A stretch of 64,000 bases of DNA. Source: Macrostomum lignano (Eukaryota). Positions within the stretch are counted from its first letter, which is position 1, and each line of letters opens with the position of its first letter. The notes beneath the pieces are model-generated. The model saw only the letters and a program-made list of their open reading frames with translations. It was not told the DNA's origin and did no database searches. Of the stretch, positions 24,623-37,964 are shown piece by piece. Position numbers and translations under genes: made by a program. Location: positions 1 through 64,000 of the forward strand of contig NIVC01002325.1 of the NCBI GenBank assembly GCA_002269645.1, given 5' to 3'.

Positions 24623-26035
24623 CTACATGTAGCTGTTGCCAGTTTTGGTGGCGTAGGCGGCGCCGTCTCCCGAGTCGCCCAGCTGCACCGCCAGGGGGCC
24701 GCGGCGACCATCGCTACTGTCGGCAGGCGGGAAGCGGCAGCAGACGGTGCGGCTGGCGAAGACGACCTGAGATGAAATTTTGGATTTGAAAATGAGAAAA
24801 GGCTGGCGATGACCAGCACGATGACTGTCACGTGATTGCAATGGACTGACTGTAGGTGTCTGTAAGATTCTGCAAGAGTCTGCAAGAGTCTGTAAGGGTC
24901 TGTAAGGGTCTGTAAGAGTCTGTAAGTCTGTAAGAGTGTGTAAGAGTCTGTAAGGGTCTGTAAGGGTCTGTAAGAGTCTGTAAGGGTCTGTAAGGGTCTG
25001 TAAGTCTGTAAGAGCCTGTAAGAGTCTGTAAGTCTGTAAGAGTGTGTAAGAGTCTGTAAGAGCCTGTAAGGGTCTGTAAGAGTCTGTAAGGGTCTGTAAG
25101 GGTCTGTAAGTCTGTAAGAGTCTGTAGGAGTCTGTAAGGGTCTGTAAGTCTGTAAGAGTCTGTAAGTCTGTAAGAGTCTGTAAGGGTCTGTAAGTCTGTA
25201 AGAGCCTGTAAGAGTCTGTAAGTCTGTAAGAGTGTGTAAGAGTCTGTAAGAGCCTGTAAGAGTCTGTAAGTCGGTAAGAGTCTGTAAGTCTGTAAGAGCC
25301 TGTAAGAGTCTGTAAGAGTCTGTAAGTCTGTAAGAGTCTGTAAGAGTCTGTAAGTCTGTAAGAGTCTGTAAGAGTCTGTAAGTCTGTAAGAGTCTGTAAG
25401 AGTCTGTAAGAGCCTGTAAGAGTCTGTAAGTCTGTAAGAGCCTGTAAGAGTCTGTAAGTCTGTAAGAGTCTGTAAGAGCCGGTAAGAACCAGACTGCCAC
25501 GGGCCTGTACGAGAATATAGACTAACTGCCACATGTCTTCTCAGAACTGTCACTCACACAGTCTTGTGACAGATGGGCCTCAGACACAGGGATCAGGCGA
25601 GAGAGAAGGGCTCACCTGCACGATGGCCACCACGGTCTCAAGCAGGTAGGCCAGCAGCCACAGAATATCTGCGTAGCTGGCGAAGCCAAACTGATGGAAG
25701 CACATGAAGATGTTCACCGCGATGGCGCCAGCGCTCACGATGGCGGCCAGGCTGCTGAGCACCAGGCAGCCAATGAGACAGCAGCGCGTGTTGGAGCGGC
25801 CGCGGCCGCCAGCCAGGCCGGTGGCCCCGGCGGCGATGAAGACAGGGAAAGTCCAGAATCCCGAGAAGGTCCTCCAGCTGCTGGCAGTGAAATCCCCGGC
25901 AAGCAGTGAGTAGATGTTTGAGTAGAGCACCAGGCAGCCCACGGTGATCTGGATGGCACCCATGATCACGTGAGCTCTGAGCAGCCTGTGCGGCAGCTGC
26001 CTGACGGAGCTGGTGAAGTCGGAGCTCTGAGACAT
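24623..26035 (-). CDS. MS4A/CD20-like 4-TM protein, two coding exons (26035-25616; 24766-24623)
   Basis: MSQSSDF...AHVIMGAIQITVGCL...FSGFWTFPVFIAAG...ETVVAIVQ|VVFASRTVCCRF...NSYM*. Donor CAG|GTGAGC and acceptor CTCAG|GTC, phase 0. Confidence 0.85.
24850..25490. repeat. Intronic TCTGTAAG(AG) 8/10-bp minisatellite
   Basis: Direct. Confidence 0.95.
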
Positions 26036-26224
26036 GGCCGGAGCTGCAAGAGGTGCGGGGCGAGATTTTGCTTTCCTAGAAAGCAGCTTGATTCTGAATG
26101 GATCAATTATACTGAAGTAAAGCCTCTTATTCCAAAAGCATTGCGTCGCTAATTTTGTGCGGAATGGCGGTCTGGGGCTCCTGAGGCCTAGGCTTACGAA
26201 GGCTCCCTGGGACTGGAGCTGAGA

Positions 26225-26480
26225 AGGAAGGTCAGGGTGAGAAGGCAGGGTAAGGGTCAGAAGGCAGGGTGAGGGTCAGAAGGCAGGGTGAGGGTCAGAA
26301 GGCAGGGTGAGGGTGAGAAGGCAGGGTGAGAGTCAGAAGGAAGGGTGAGAGTCAGAAGGAAGGGTGAGAGTCAGAAGGAAGGGTGAGAGTCAGAAGGAAG
26401 GGTGAGAGTCAGAAGGAAGGGTGAGGACCAGAGGGGAGGGTAAGGGCCAGAAGGCAGGGTAAGGGCCAGGGTAAGAAGGC
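26225..26480. repeat. 19-bp minisatellite (AGAAGGCAGGGTGAGGGTC)
   Basis: Direct. Confidence 0.9.
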
Positions 26481-26554
26481 AGGACAGGGCGACTGTGATC
26501 CTGAAGCCTGGCTGTGGTCCTGAAGCATACCATCTCAGACTACCATACAGTTGA

Positions 26555-26975
26555 CTGTACTGTCTATGACCACAGCTGACTGTACTGTCTATGACCACAG
26601 CTGACTGTACTGTCTATGACCACAGCTGACTGCACTGTCTATGACCACAGCTGACTGTACTGTCTATGACCACAGCTGACTGTACTGTCTATGACCACAG
26701 CTGACTGTACGGTCTATGACCACAGCTGACTGTACTGTCTATGACCACAGCTGACTGTACTGTCTATGACCACAGCTGACTGTACTGTCTATGACCACAG
26801 CTGACTGTACTGTCTATGACCACAGCTGACTGTACTGTCTATGACCACAGCTGACCGTACTGTCTATGACCACAGCTGACTGTACTGTCTATGACCACAG
26901 CTGACTGCACTGTCTATGACCACAGCTGACTGCACTGTCTATGACCACAGCTGACTGTAATGTCTATGACCACAA
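26555..26975. repeat. 25-bp minisatellite (CACAGCTGACTGTACTGTCTATGAC); same family as 29300-30340
   Basis: Direct. Confidence 0.95.
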
Positions 26976-27339
26976 CTCTTTCATAAAATTTATTTCCTAC
27001 ATAAAATTTAAATGAAGCAAAAAACGAACATCTTTTCCAACACCAACAAAAACCAACACAAAATCTTTAATCCTATCTAAAATCTTTGAAAATAAAAATG
27101 GTTAGGGAAGTGGCAACTTCAAAGTGATTACCAGTAGATTACAGTACTCGTAAAACTTGCGTTGCAAAAACGCGCTGAAAAATAACAATGGAAATACATT
27201 GGCAAAAAATTATCGATGAAAAATCAGTCGGAATAGGCTTAAATAACGTTTGTCCGTGTTTTGCTAGTATTAAAATGGAATGTTGAGCACCTAATTCCAA
27301 TTTGCGAAGAACATGCACAGCGTTCATACAGATATCATT

Positions 27340-27760
27340 CACTGGGTCATACACAAATCATACAGAGGTCATACACAGATCATACACAGAGGTCATACAC
27401 AGACCATACACAGACCATACACAGATAATACACAGAGGTATACACAAATCATACACAGAGGTCATACACAGATCATACACAGAGGTCATACGCAGACCAT
27501 ACACAGAGGTCATACACAGACCATACACAGACCATACACAGAGGTCATACACAGACCATACACAGAGGTCATACACAGACCATTCACAGAGGTCATACAC
27601 AGACCATACACAGACCATACACAGAGGTCATACACAGATCATACCGAGGTCATACACAAACCATACACAGATCATACACAGAGGTCATACACAGAGGTCA
27701 TACACAGATCATATCCAGATCATACACAAATCATATACGGAGGTCATACAAAGAATTTAT
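27340..27760. repeat. Irregular CATACACAGAGGT/CATACACAGAC minisatellite
   Basis: Direct. Confidence 0.9.
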
Positions 27761-27952
27761 CCGGATCATGCAGTCATGTCAGGTCATAAGCGAATCATAA
27801 GAAAATCATAGCTTGAAAATGTGTATCAGAATATTTAAGCTTGAAGACTCAACGTCTAACAGAAAATAGAATGAGAAAGCTAAGATTCCGCTACAAAATA
27901 GAAATCCGGAAGGTCTACCGGGCCGGGGCGCCGGGACGGTCAGCACCCGAAG

Positions 27953-28573
27953 TTACACTTCAGCCTGCGGCGGCGAATAAACAGGCGGCTGCTCGCCTTC
28001 AGAGAAGCCGATCGCCAGCACCTCACGGTCTTGACGGTTCTTGTCGACGCAGCAGCAGGAGGCGCGGCAGGAGAAGGCGGCATGGACGATGGCCACCACC
28101 AGCTCAGTAAAAAACAACAGGAACCAGAGGATGTCGGACGGCATGAAGCGCACACACCAGTAGATATTGCGGTCACAGCGATACGCCGATCCCGAAGCCA
28201 TCAGGGCGTTGGCCAAAATCGCTAAGAATCCAACACAGGCGGCCAGGATGCTGAGCACCAGACAGGACACGATGCAGCACAGCGTGTTGGCGCGGCCCCT
28301 GCCTCCGGCCAGGCCCGTGGCACCGGCGGGGATGAAGAAGAAGGCGGACCAGAATCCCGAGAACGTGTTGGTGCTGGCGGACTGGTCGGCGGCGAGAAGG
28401 CCATAGACAGCCAGGAGCAGCAGCAGCAGCCCGATGCACAGCTGGATGCCGCCCATGATCACGTGACCTCTGAGCACCCAGCTGGGCACCAGCCTGGCGT
28501 AGGCGGTGAGCTCAGAGTCCGTGCTGTGCTCAGGTTGCTCTGCAGCCATGGCATGCATGGCATCAAAATTCAT
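27953..28573 (-). CDS. MS4A/CD20-like 4-TM protein, intact single exon (start 28573 or 28549)
   Basis: GHVIMGGIQLCIG; FSGFWSAFFFIPAG; CLVLSILAA; TELVVAIVHAAFSCRASCCC; tail PPVYSPP. Confidence 0.88.
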   Translation of the reverse strand: MNFDAMHAMAAEQPEHSTDSELTAYARLVPSWVLRGHVIMGGIQLCIGLLLLLLAVYGLLAADQSASTNTFSGFWSAFFFIPAGATGLAGGRGRANTLCCIVSCLVLSILAACVGFLAILANALMASGSAYRCDRNIYWCVRFMPSDILWFLLFFTELVVAIVHAAFSCRASCCCVDKNRQDREVLAIGFSEGEQPPVYSPPQAEV

Positions 28574-28602
28574 CGCTTCAACAGATGCGAATCTGATACT
28601 GA

Positions 28603-29215
28603 AGCCTGACTGTGGTCCTGAACCCTGGCTGTGGTCCTGAAGCCTGACTGTGGTCCTGAACCCTGACTGTGGTCCTGAACCCTGGCTGTGGTCCTGAAGC
28701 CTGACTGTGGTCCTGAACCCTGACTGTGGTCCTGAACCCTGACTGTGGTCCTGAACCCTGGCTGTGGTCCTGAACCCTGGCTGTGGTCCTGAACCCTGAC
28801 TGTGGTCCTGAACCCTGGCTGTGGTCCTGAACCCTGACTGTGGTCCTGAACCCTGGCTGTGGTCCTGAAGCCTGACTGTGGTCCTGAACCCTGACTGTGG
28901 TCCTGAACCCTGGCTGTGGTCCTGAACCCTGGCTGTGGTCCTGAAGCCTGGCTGTGGTCCTGAACCCTGACTGTGGTCCTGAACCCTGGCTTTGGTCCTG
29001 AACCCTGGCTGTGTGGTCCTGAACCCTGACTGTGGTCCTGAACCCTGGCTGTGGTCCTGAAGCCTGGCTGTGGTCCTGAACCCTGACTGTGGTCCTGAAC
29101 CCTGGCTGTGGTCCTGAACCCTGGCTGTGTGGTCCTGAACCCTGACTGTGGTCCTGAACCCTGGCTGTGGCCTGAACCCTGGCTGTCGTCCTGAAGCCCG
29201 ACTGTGGTCCGACCA
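28603..29215. repeat. 19-bp minisatellite (CTGTGGTCCTGAACCCTGG/A)
   Basis: Direct. Confidence 0.95.
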
Positions 29216-29299
29216 TTAGATCCTGAACCATACATTAGATCCTAAACCCTACCATCTGAACTTGAACCCTACCGTCAGATATTGAACCTGTCCTTTTTA

Positions 29300-30340
29300 T
29301 GAGCACATCTGACTGTACTGACTATGAGCACATCTGACTGCACTATGACCACAGCTGACTGCACTGTCTATGACCACAGCTGACTGCACTGTCTATGATC
29401 ACAGCTGACTGCACTGTCTATGATCACAGCTGACTGCACTGTCTATGACCACAGCTGACTGCACTGTCTATGATCACAGCTGACTGCACTGTCTATGATC
29501 ACAGCTGACTGCACTGTCTATGACCACAGCTGACTGTACTGTCTATGACCACAGCTGACTGCACTGTCTATGACCACAGCTGACTGTACTGTCTATGACC
29601 ACAGCTGACTGCACTGTCTATGATCACAGCTGACTGCACTGTCTATGACCACAGCTGACTGTACTGTCTATGACCACAGCTGACTGCACTGTCTATGATC
29701 ACAGCTGACTGCACTGTCTATGACCACAGCTGACTGTACTGTCTATGACCACAGCTGACTGTACTGTCTATGACCACAGCTGACTGCACTGTCTATGACC
29801 ACAGCTGACTGTACTGTCTATGACCACAGCTGACTGCACTGTCTATGATCACAGCTGACTGCACTGTCTATGATCACAGCTAACTGTACGTAGTGTATGA
29901 CCACAGCTGACTGCACTGTCTATGACCACAGCTGACTGCACTGTCTATGACCACAGCTGACTGCACTGTCTATGACCACAGCTGACTGCACTGTCTATGA
30001 CCACAGCTGACTGCACTGTCTATGACCACAGCTGACTGCACTGTCTATGATCACAGCTGACTGCACTGTCTATGACCACAGCTGACTGCACTGTCTATGA
30101 CCACAGCTGACTGCACTGTCTATGACCACAGCTGACTGCACTGTCTATGATCACAGCTGACTGCACTGTCTATGATCACAGCTGACTGCACTGTCTATGA
30201 TCACAGCTGACTGCACTGTCTATGATCACAGCTGACTGCACTGTCTATGATCACAGCTGACTGCACTGTCTATGATCACAGCTGACTGCACTGTCTATGA
30301 TCACAGCTAACTGTACGTAGTGTATGACTACAGCTGACTG
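29300..30340. repeat. 25-bp minisatellite (CACAGCTGACTGCACTGTCTATGAC/T)
   Basis: Direct. Confidence 0.96.
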
Positions 30341-30774
30341 TAACATCTATAAAAAGTTATTTCCCACATAAACAAAATGAAGCAAAAAATCTGCAGTTGA
30401 TGCTATGAGTAGGGCATGAAAATAAAATAAAATCTTTGAGAAAAAAACAATATGGTCAGGGAAGCGGCAAATTTAGTGATTACATGGTGATTACAATAAA
30501 TTTTGCGTTGCAAAAGCGCGCTGAGAAGCAACGATCGAAATACTTTGGCTAAAACTATCCAATAAAATAAGTCGGAATAAGCATAAACAAAGTTTTGGCT
30601 GTGCTTTACTAGTATAAACATGGAATGGTGAGTAAATAATTTCCAATTTGCGCACTACAACTGTGCAGAGAAGTTCGGATTTAAGTAAAAAGTGTTTTAA
30701 AATTTTGCGAATGAAGTGAAATTACATCTGAAACATGCGCCAACCGGCAGATATTGATCCGAAAGTGCAGCACT

Positions 30775-33700
30775 GGAACACTGACACTGACCACAGCGAG
30801 TCTGACACACTCCACTGACACTGACCACAGCGAGTCTGACACACTCCAGTGACACTGACCACAGCGAGTCTGACACACTCCAGTGACACTGACCACAGCG
30901 AGTCTGACACACTCCAGTGACACTGACCACAGCGAGTCTGACACACTCCAGTGACACTGACCACAGCGAGTCTGACACACTCCACTGACACTGACCACAG
31001 CGAGTCTGACACACTCCACTGACACTGACAAAAGTACTCACCACAGCGAGTCTGACACACTCCACTGACACTGACCACAGCGAGTCTGACACACTCCACT
31101 GACACTGACCACAGCGAGTCTGACACACTCCACTGACACTGACCACAGCGAGTCTGACACACTCCACTGACACTGACCACAGCGAGTCTGACACACTCCA
31201 CTGACACTGACCACAGCGAGTCTGACACACTCCAGTGACACTGACCACAGCGAGTCTGACACACTCCAGTGACACTGACCACAGCGAGTCTGACACACTC
31301 CAGTAGCACTGACACAAGTACTCACCACAGCGAGTCTGACACACTCCAGTGACACTGACCACAGCGAGTCTGACACACTCCACTGACACTGACACAAGTA
31401 CTCACCACAGCGAGTCTGACACACTCCAGTGACACTGACCACAGCGAGTCTGACACACTCCACTGACACTGACACAAGTACTCACCACAGCGAGTCTGAC
31501 ACACTCCAGTGACACTGACACAAGTACTCACCACAGCGAGTCTGACACACTCCACTGACACTGACACAAGTACTCACCACAGCGAGTCTGACACACTCCA
31601 GTAGACACTGACACAAGTACTCACACAGCGAGTCTGACACACTCCACTGACACTGACCACAGCGAGTCTGACACACTCCAGTGACACTGACCACAGCGAG
31701 TCTGACACACTCCACTGACACTGACCACAGCGAGTCTGACACACTCCAGTGACACTGACCACAGCGAGTCTGACACACTCCACTGACACTGACACAAGTA
31801 CTCACCACAGCGAGTCTGACACACTCCAGTGACACTGACCACAGCGAGTCTGACACACTCCACTGACACTGACACAAGTACTCACCACAGCGAGTCTGAC
31901 ACACTCCAGTGACACTGACCACAGCGAGTCTGACACACTCCACTGACACTGACACAAGTACTCACCACAGCGAGTCTGACACACTCCACTGACACTGACC
32001 ACAGCGAGTCTGACACACTCCAGTGACACTGACCACAGCGAGTCTGACACACTCCACTGACACTGACCACAGCGAGTCTGACACACTCCAGTGACACTGA
32101 CCACAGCGAGTCTGACACACTCCACTGACACTGACCACAGCGAGTCTGACACACTCCACTGACACTGACACAAGTACTCACCACAGCGAGTCTGACACAC
32201 TCCAGTGACACTGACCACAGCGAGTCTGACACACTCCACTGACACTGACACAAGTACTCACCACAGCGAGTCTGACACACTCCAGTGACACTGACCACAG
32301 CGAGTCTGACACACTCCACTGACACTGACACAAGTACTCACCACAGCGAGTCTGACACACTCCAGTGACACTGACCACAGCGAGTCTGACACACTCCACT
32401 GACACTGACACAAGTACTCACCACAGCGAGTCTGACACACTCCAGTGACACTGACCACAGCGAGTCTGACACACTCCACTGACACTGACACAAGTACTCA
32501 CCACAGCGAGTCTGACACACTCCAGTGACACTGACCACAGCGAGTCTGACACACTCCACTGACACTGACACAAGTACTCACCACAGCGAGTCTGACACAC
32601 TCCAGTGACACTGACCACAGCGAGTCTGACACACTCCACTGACACTGACACAAGTACTCACCACAGCGAGTCTGACACACTCCACTGACACTGACACAAG
32701 TACTCACCACAGCGAGTCTGACACACTCCAGTGACACTGACCACAGCGAGTCTGACACACTCCAGTAGCACTGACACAAGTACTCACCACAGCGAGTCTG
32801 ACACACTCCAGTGACACTGACCACAGCGAGTCTGACACACTCCACTGACACTGACACAAGTACTCACCACAGCGAGTCTGACACACTCCAGTGACACTGA
32901 CCACAGCGAGTCTGACACACTCCACTGACACTGACACAAGTACTCACCACAGCGAGTCTGACACACTCCAGTGACACTGACCACAGCGAGTCTGACACAC
33001 TCCACTGACACTGACACAAGTACTCACCACAGCGAGTCTGACACACTCCACTGACACTGACACAAGTACTCACCACAGCGAGTCTGACACACTCCAGTGA
33101 CACTGACCACAGCGAGTCTGACACACTCCAGTAGCACTGACACAAGTACTCACCACAGCGAGTCTGACACACTCCAGTGACACTGACCACAGCGAGTCTG
33201 ACACACTCCACTGACACTGACACAAGTACTCACCACAGCGAGTCTGACACACTCCAGTGACACTGACCACAGCGAGTCTGACACACTCCACTGACACTGA
33301 CACAAGTACTCACCACAGCGAGTCTGACACACTCCAGTGACACTGACCACAGCGAGTCTGACACACTCCACTGACACTGACACAAGTACTCACCACAGCG
33401 AGTCTGACACACTCCAGTGACACTGACCACAGCGAGTCTGACACACTCCACTGACACTGACACAAGTACTCACCACAGCGAGTCTGACACACTCCAGTGA
33501 CACTGACCACAGCGAGTCTGACACACTCCACTGACACTGACACAAGTACTCACCACAGCGAGTCTGACACACTCCACTGACACTGACACAAGTACTCACC
33601 ACAGCGAGTCTGACACACTCCAGTGACACTGACCACAGCGAGTCTGACACACTCCAGTAGCACTGACACAAGTACTCACCACAGCGAGTCTGACACACTC

Positions 33701-35655
33701 CAGTGACACTGACCACAGCGAGTCTGACACACTCCACTGACACTGACACAAGTACTCACCACAGCGAGTCTGACACACTCCAGTGACACTGACCACAGCG
33801 AGTCTGACACACTCCACTGACACTGACACAAGTACTCACCACAGCGAGTCTGACACACTCCAGTGACACTGACACAAGTACTCACCACAGCGAGTCTGAC
33901 ACACTCCACTGACACTGACACAAGTACTCACCACAGTGAGTCTGACACACTCCAGTAGCACTGACACAAGTACTCACTACAGCGAGTCTGACACACTCCA
34001 CTGACACTGACACAAGTACTCACCACAGCGAGTCTGACACACTCCAGTGACACTGACCACAGCGAGTCTGACACACTCCAGTGACACTGACCACAGCGAG
34101 TCTGACACACTCCAGTGACACTGACCACAGCGAGTCTGACACACTCCAGTGACACTGACCACAGCGAGTCTGACACACTCCACTGACACTGACACAAGTA
34201 CTCACCACAGTGAGTCTGACACACTCCACTGACACTGACCACAGCGAGTCTGACACACTCCAGTGACACTGACCACAGCGAGTCTGACACACTCCAGTGA
34301 CACTGACCACAGCGAGTCTGACACACTCCACTGACACTGACACAAGTACTCACCACAGCGAGTCTGACACACTCCAGTGACACTGACCACAGCGAGTCTG
34401 ACACACTCCACTGACACTGACACAAGTACTCACCACAGCGAGTCTGACACACTCCAGTGACACTGACCACAGCGAGTCTGACACACTCCACTGACACTGA
34501 CACAAGTACTCACCACAGCGAGTCTGACACACTCCAGTGACACTGACCACAGCGAGTCTGACACACTCCACTGACACTGACACAAGTACTCACCACAGCG
34601 AGTCTGACACACTCCAGTGACACTGACCACAGCGAGTCTGACACACTCCACTGACACTGACACAAGTACTCACCACAGCGAGTCTGACACACTCCACTGA
34701 CACTGACACAAGTACTCACCACAGCGAGTCTGACACACTCCACTGACACTGACCACAGCGAGTCTGACACACTCCACTGACACTGACACAAGTACTCACC
34801 ACAGCGAGTCTGACACACTCCAGTGACACTGACCACAGCGAGTCTGACACACTCCACTGACACTGACACAAGTACTCACCACAGCGAGTCTGACACACTC
34901 CAGTGACACTGACACAAGTACTCACCACAGCGAGTCTGACACACTCCACTGACACTGACACAAGTACTCACCACAGTGAGTCTGACACACTCCAGTAGCA
35001 CTGACACAAGTACTCACTACAGCGAGTCTGACACACTCCAGTGACACTGACTACAGCGAGTCTGACACACTCCAGTGACACTGACCACAGCGAGTCTGAC
35101 ACACTCCACTGACACTGACACAAGTACTCACCACAGCGAGTCTGACACACTCCAGTGACACTGACCACAGCGAGTCTGACACACTCCAGTGACACTGACC
35201 ACAGCGAGTCTGACACACTCCAGTGACACTGACCACAGCGAGTCTGACACACTCCAGTGACACTGACCACAGCGAGTCTGACACACTCCACTGACACTGA
35301 CACAAGTACTCACCACAGCGAGTCTGACACACTCCAGTGACACTGACCACAGCGAGTCTGACACACTCCACTGACACTGACACAAGTACTCACCACAGCG
35401 AGTCTGACACACTCCAGTGACACTGACCACAGCGAGTCTGACACACTCCACTGACACTGACACAAGTACTCACCACAGCGAGTCTGACACACTCCAGTGA
35501 CACTGACCACAGCGAGTCTGACACACTCCACTGACACTGACACAAGTACTCACCACAGCGAGTCTGACACACTCCAGTGACACTGACCACAGCGAGTCTG
35601 ACACACTCCACTGACACTGACACAAGTACTCACCACAGCGAGTCTGACACACTCT
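30775..35655. repeat. Large satellite: 34-bp and 46-bp units forming an 80-bp higher-order repeat
   Basis: CCACAGCGAGTCTGACACACTCCACTGACACTGA with or without CACAAGTACTCA. The ORF track shows 80-bp periodic starts. Confidence 0.97.
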
Positions 35656-35820
35656 AGTGAGACAGACCCGAGCGAGCACAACTCAGGTGCATCAGTGCGG
35701 TGCCAAAAGAAGCGCCTAAGTAAACAAAAACACAACAAGGAAGCGGTTGTCCAGTTTCGGGTGCAGAGGTCAGTTTATAACGCGATCTCAGCGCACTGCC
35801 GGCTTGCCAGAACTTTCGGC

Positions 35821-37716
35821 TCAGAACTTGGGCGGGGCGCTGGCAGCCGCGGGCCCGGCAGCTGCGGCCTCCTGCATGGCCTGGTCGTAGGAGGGCGGCT
35901 GCTCCGGCTGAGACGGCGGCAGTAAGCCTGGGTTGAAGGCGGGCTGGTGCGAAGGATACGGGTGGTAGGGCGGGTGCGGCTGCTGCTGCTGCTGCTGAGA
36001 GGCCACGTTGACCACCTGCGCGACAGGGAAAGTAAGGGGGCGGCATCTCAGCTGAGGTCACGGGCTCAAATCGATCTGCTTGCCGATCTGACGCATGAGC
36101 TGACACAAATTGCCTTGGGAGGCTGGCCCCATGGGCAAGCATCGCGCGGAAAGATACAGGTAAACTCTTCTGGACGAGCCCCAAGGTACTGTGACCGCGC
36201 ACAAAAGTCCACTTCACCGTGGTAGGCGAGCCTGCTCGAGTATAGGCGGGGCATTCACAGATGAAGTGCTCCGCATTCTCAATATTGAAGAGAAAGAATA
36301 GACAATTCTTCAATACGGATTTTCTACCAAGGCTTAGCCAAGCAGGCATGACTGCTCCAGCTGGTCACTGTGGTTGAGTCAGGCAGCCGGGGGGGGGGGT
36401 TTGCCCACCTCTCCCTGTGCTTGGATACCCCCCACTGCTTGACCTGACTATTGATAACGACTGTGGAAATGGGGCCATGGCCTTAGCCAGCGACGCCTTT
36501 CCTGAGCGACACCGAAGCATCAGCTGTCCGAGGTCACCAGGGGTTCTTAGCGGAATGGGCGGCGAAGCCTCCCGCTGACCCTGCTGAAAACGGCAACTGG
36601 GTCAAGAAATGTTCCAGACTCGTACAGGTAAAATAGAAAAGAAGCGTCTCTAGACGACCCTAAAACGACGAGGTGCACAGCACAAGTCGCCACAAAGTCG
36701 TGAAAGAGTCGCCTAAGAGTCAATTTAAGGCGCCTTGTTGTCTACGACTCTGAAACAACTCTGAGGCGCTTCTATAATCACTCTGGGGTCGTGTTTGAGT
36801 CGTACTTGAAAGTCGTTGTAAAATTCCTGAGTTGCGCCTAAAGCGCATCTGCGTCACTCTATGAATTATAATCGCAGTTCGCATTTATAACAACTCTATT
36901 TTAGTCTACTCAAGTTAGTAGAAAGTTGAGCACTGACAAAATGACTCTTGAACGACATTTTCGCAACTCTTTTACGACTATACAGTCGCCTCTGCATCGC
37001 ATTACAGCCCGTTGACTCGTTAAAAGTCACAAGAGTCGCCCCCTGAGTCGCCAGAGTCACTGGTGAGCTGTTTGCAAGGACTCTTCAGCTCTTTACAACA
37101 GGGGACCCTACAGCTAAGTGGAGTGTTGCACATGCACCCAATTGCACCCCATTGCACAGAAGGGCTGACTGACCACATAAGGGTTGCCCTGCTGGCCGTG
37201 GCCCGGCTGCATGGGCGGGGAAGCCGGCACGCAGCAGCAGGAGGCGCGGCAGGCGTACACCGAGTGCACGATGGCCAGCACGAACTGGAAGGCGTACAGC
37301 AGGGCGCAGATCACATTGGTGGCGTAGGTGACACGGAAGAGGACCTCGCTGCCGCGGCTGCCGGCGGTGGCCGAGTTGAACATGTAGAGGTTGTTTGAGG
37401 CCATGATGGCGTCGAGGACGAGGCCAGGGAAGGCCAGGCAGCTGGCAATGATGGAGAACACTAGACAGGTGACCACACAGCAGAGGGTGCCGCAGGAGCC
37501 GCGGCCGGCTTGAAGGCCGGATATGCCAGCTGCGACGACGAAGGGGCCGGCCCAGAATCCGCTGCCCACAGACTGGTAGTAGGTTTGCTTGGTGGCCACG
37601 CCTACGATGGTCAGGGCGATGAGCAGGCAGCCAACCGCCAGCTGCATGATGCCCATGATCACGTGACTCCGCAGCACCGCCTTCGGCACGCGGCTGGCGT
37701 AGGTACTGCCGCTCAT
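35821..37716 (-). CDS. MS4A/CD20-like 4-TM protein with Q/P-rich tail, two coding exons (37716-37174; 36015-35821)
   Basis: MSGSTYASRVPKAVLRSHVIMGIMQLAVG...GSGFWAGPFVVAAG...VYACRASCCC...NPYV|VVNVASQQQ...QPPSYDQAM...PPKF*. Donor GTG|GTCAGT and acceptor CGCAG|GTG, phase 0. Confidence 0.85.
36066..36300 (-). mobile_element. Decayed 3' fragment of a non-LTR retrotransposon ORF2 (CCHC knuckle region), intronic
   Basis: Translation NIENAEHFICECPAYTRA(R)LAYHG resembles the E..EH....CP.Y...R half of the LINE C-terminal zinc knuckle; one frameshift. Confidence 0.5.
36640..37070. mobile_element. Possible non-autonomous DNA-transposon remnant rich in GAGTCG/CGACTC/GTCGT motifs
   Basis: Many dispersed short motifs in both orientations; no TIR pair or TSD identified. 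Confidence 0.25.
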
Positions 37717-37964
37717 TGGCTGGCCTGCGGGGGCTGGAGATTGGTGCGGGAAAACTGACCTGACACACGGACTGACACAAAGTACGACAAAAATATTTCT
37801 GTCTGACCCAAATCTCGAATCCTGCATTCTGGGAATGAAATCGATAAGCTGACACAATTTATCACTGACTTTTGACATCTGACTTGCCAGCTGACAGAAC
37901 ATGACGCACAGATGTCATATACCCTGGCACATGGAATGACATAATGTGACTAGGAAATGCTATT

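Noticed and set aside
30681-35738. Dozens of Cys/Val/Ser-rich ORFs (metallothionein- or keratin-like appearance)
   Set aside because: All are frames of the 34/46-bp satellite.
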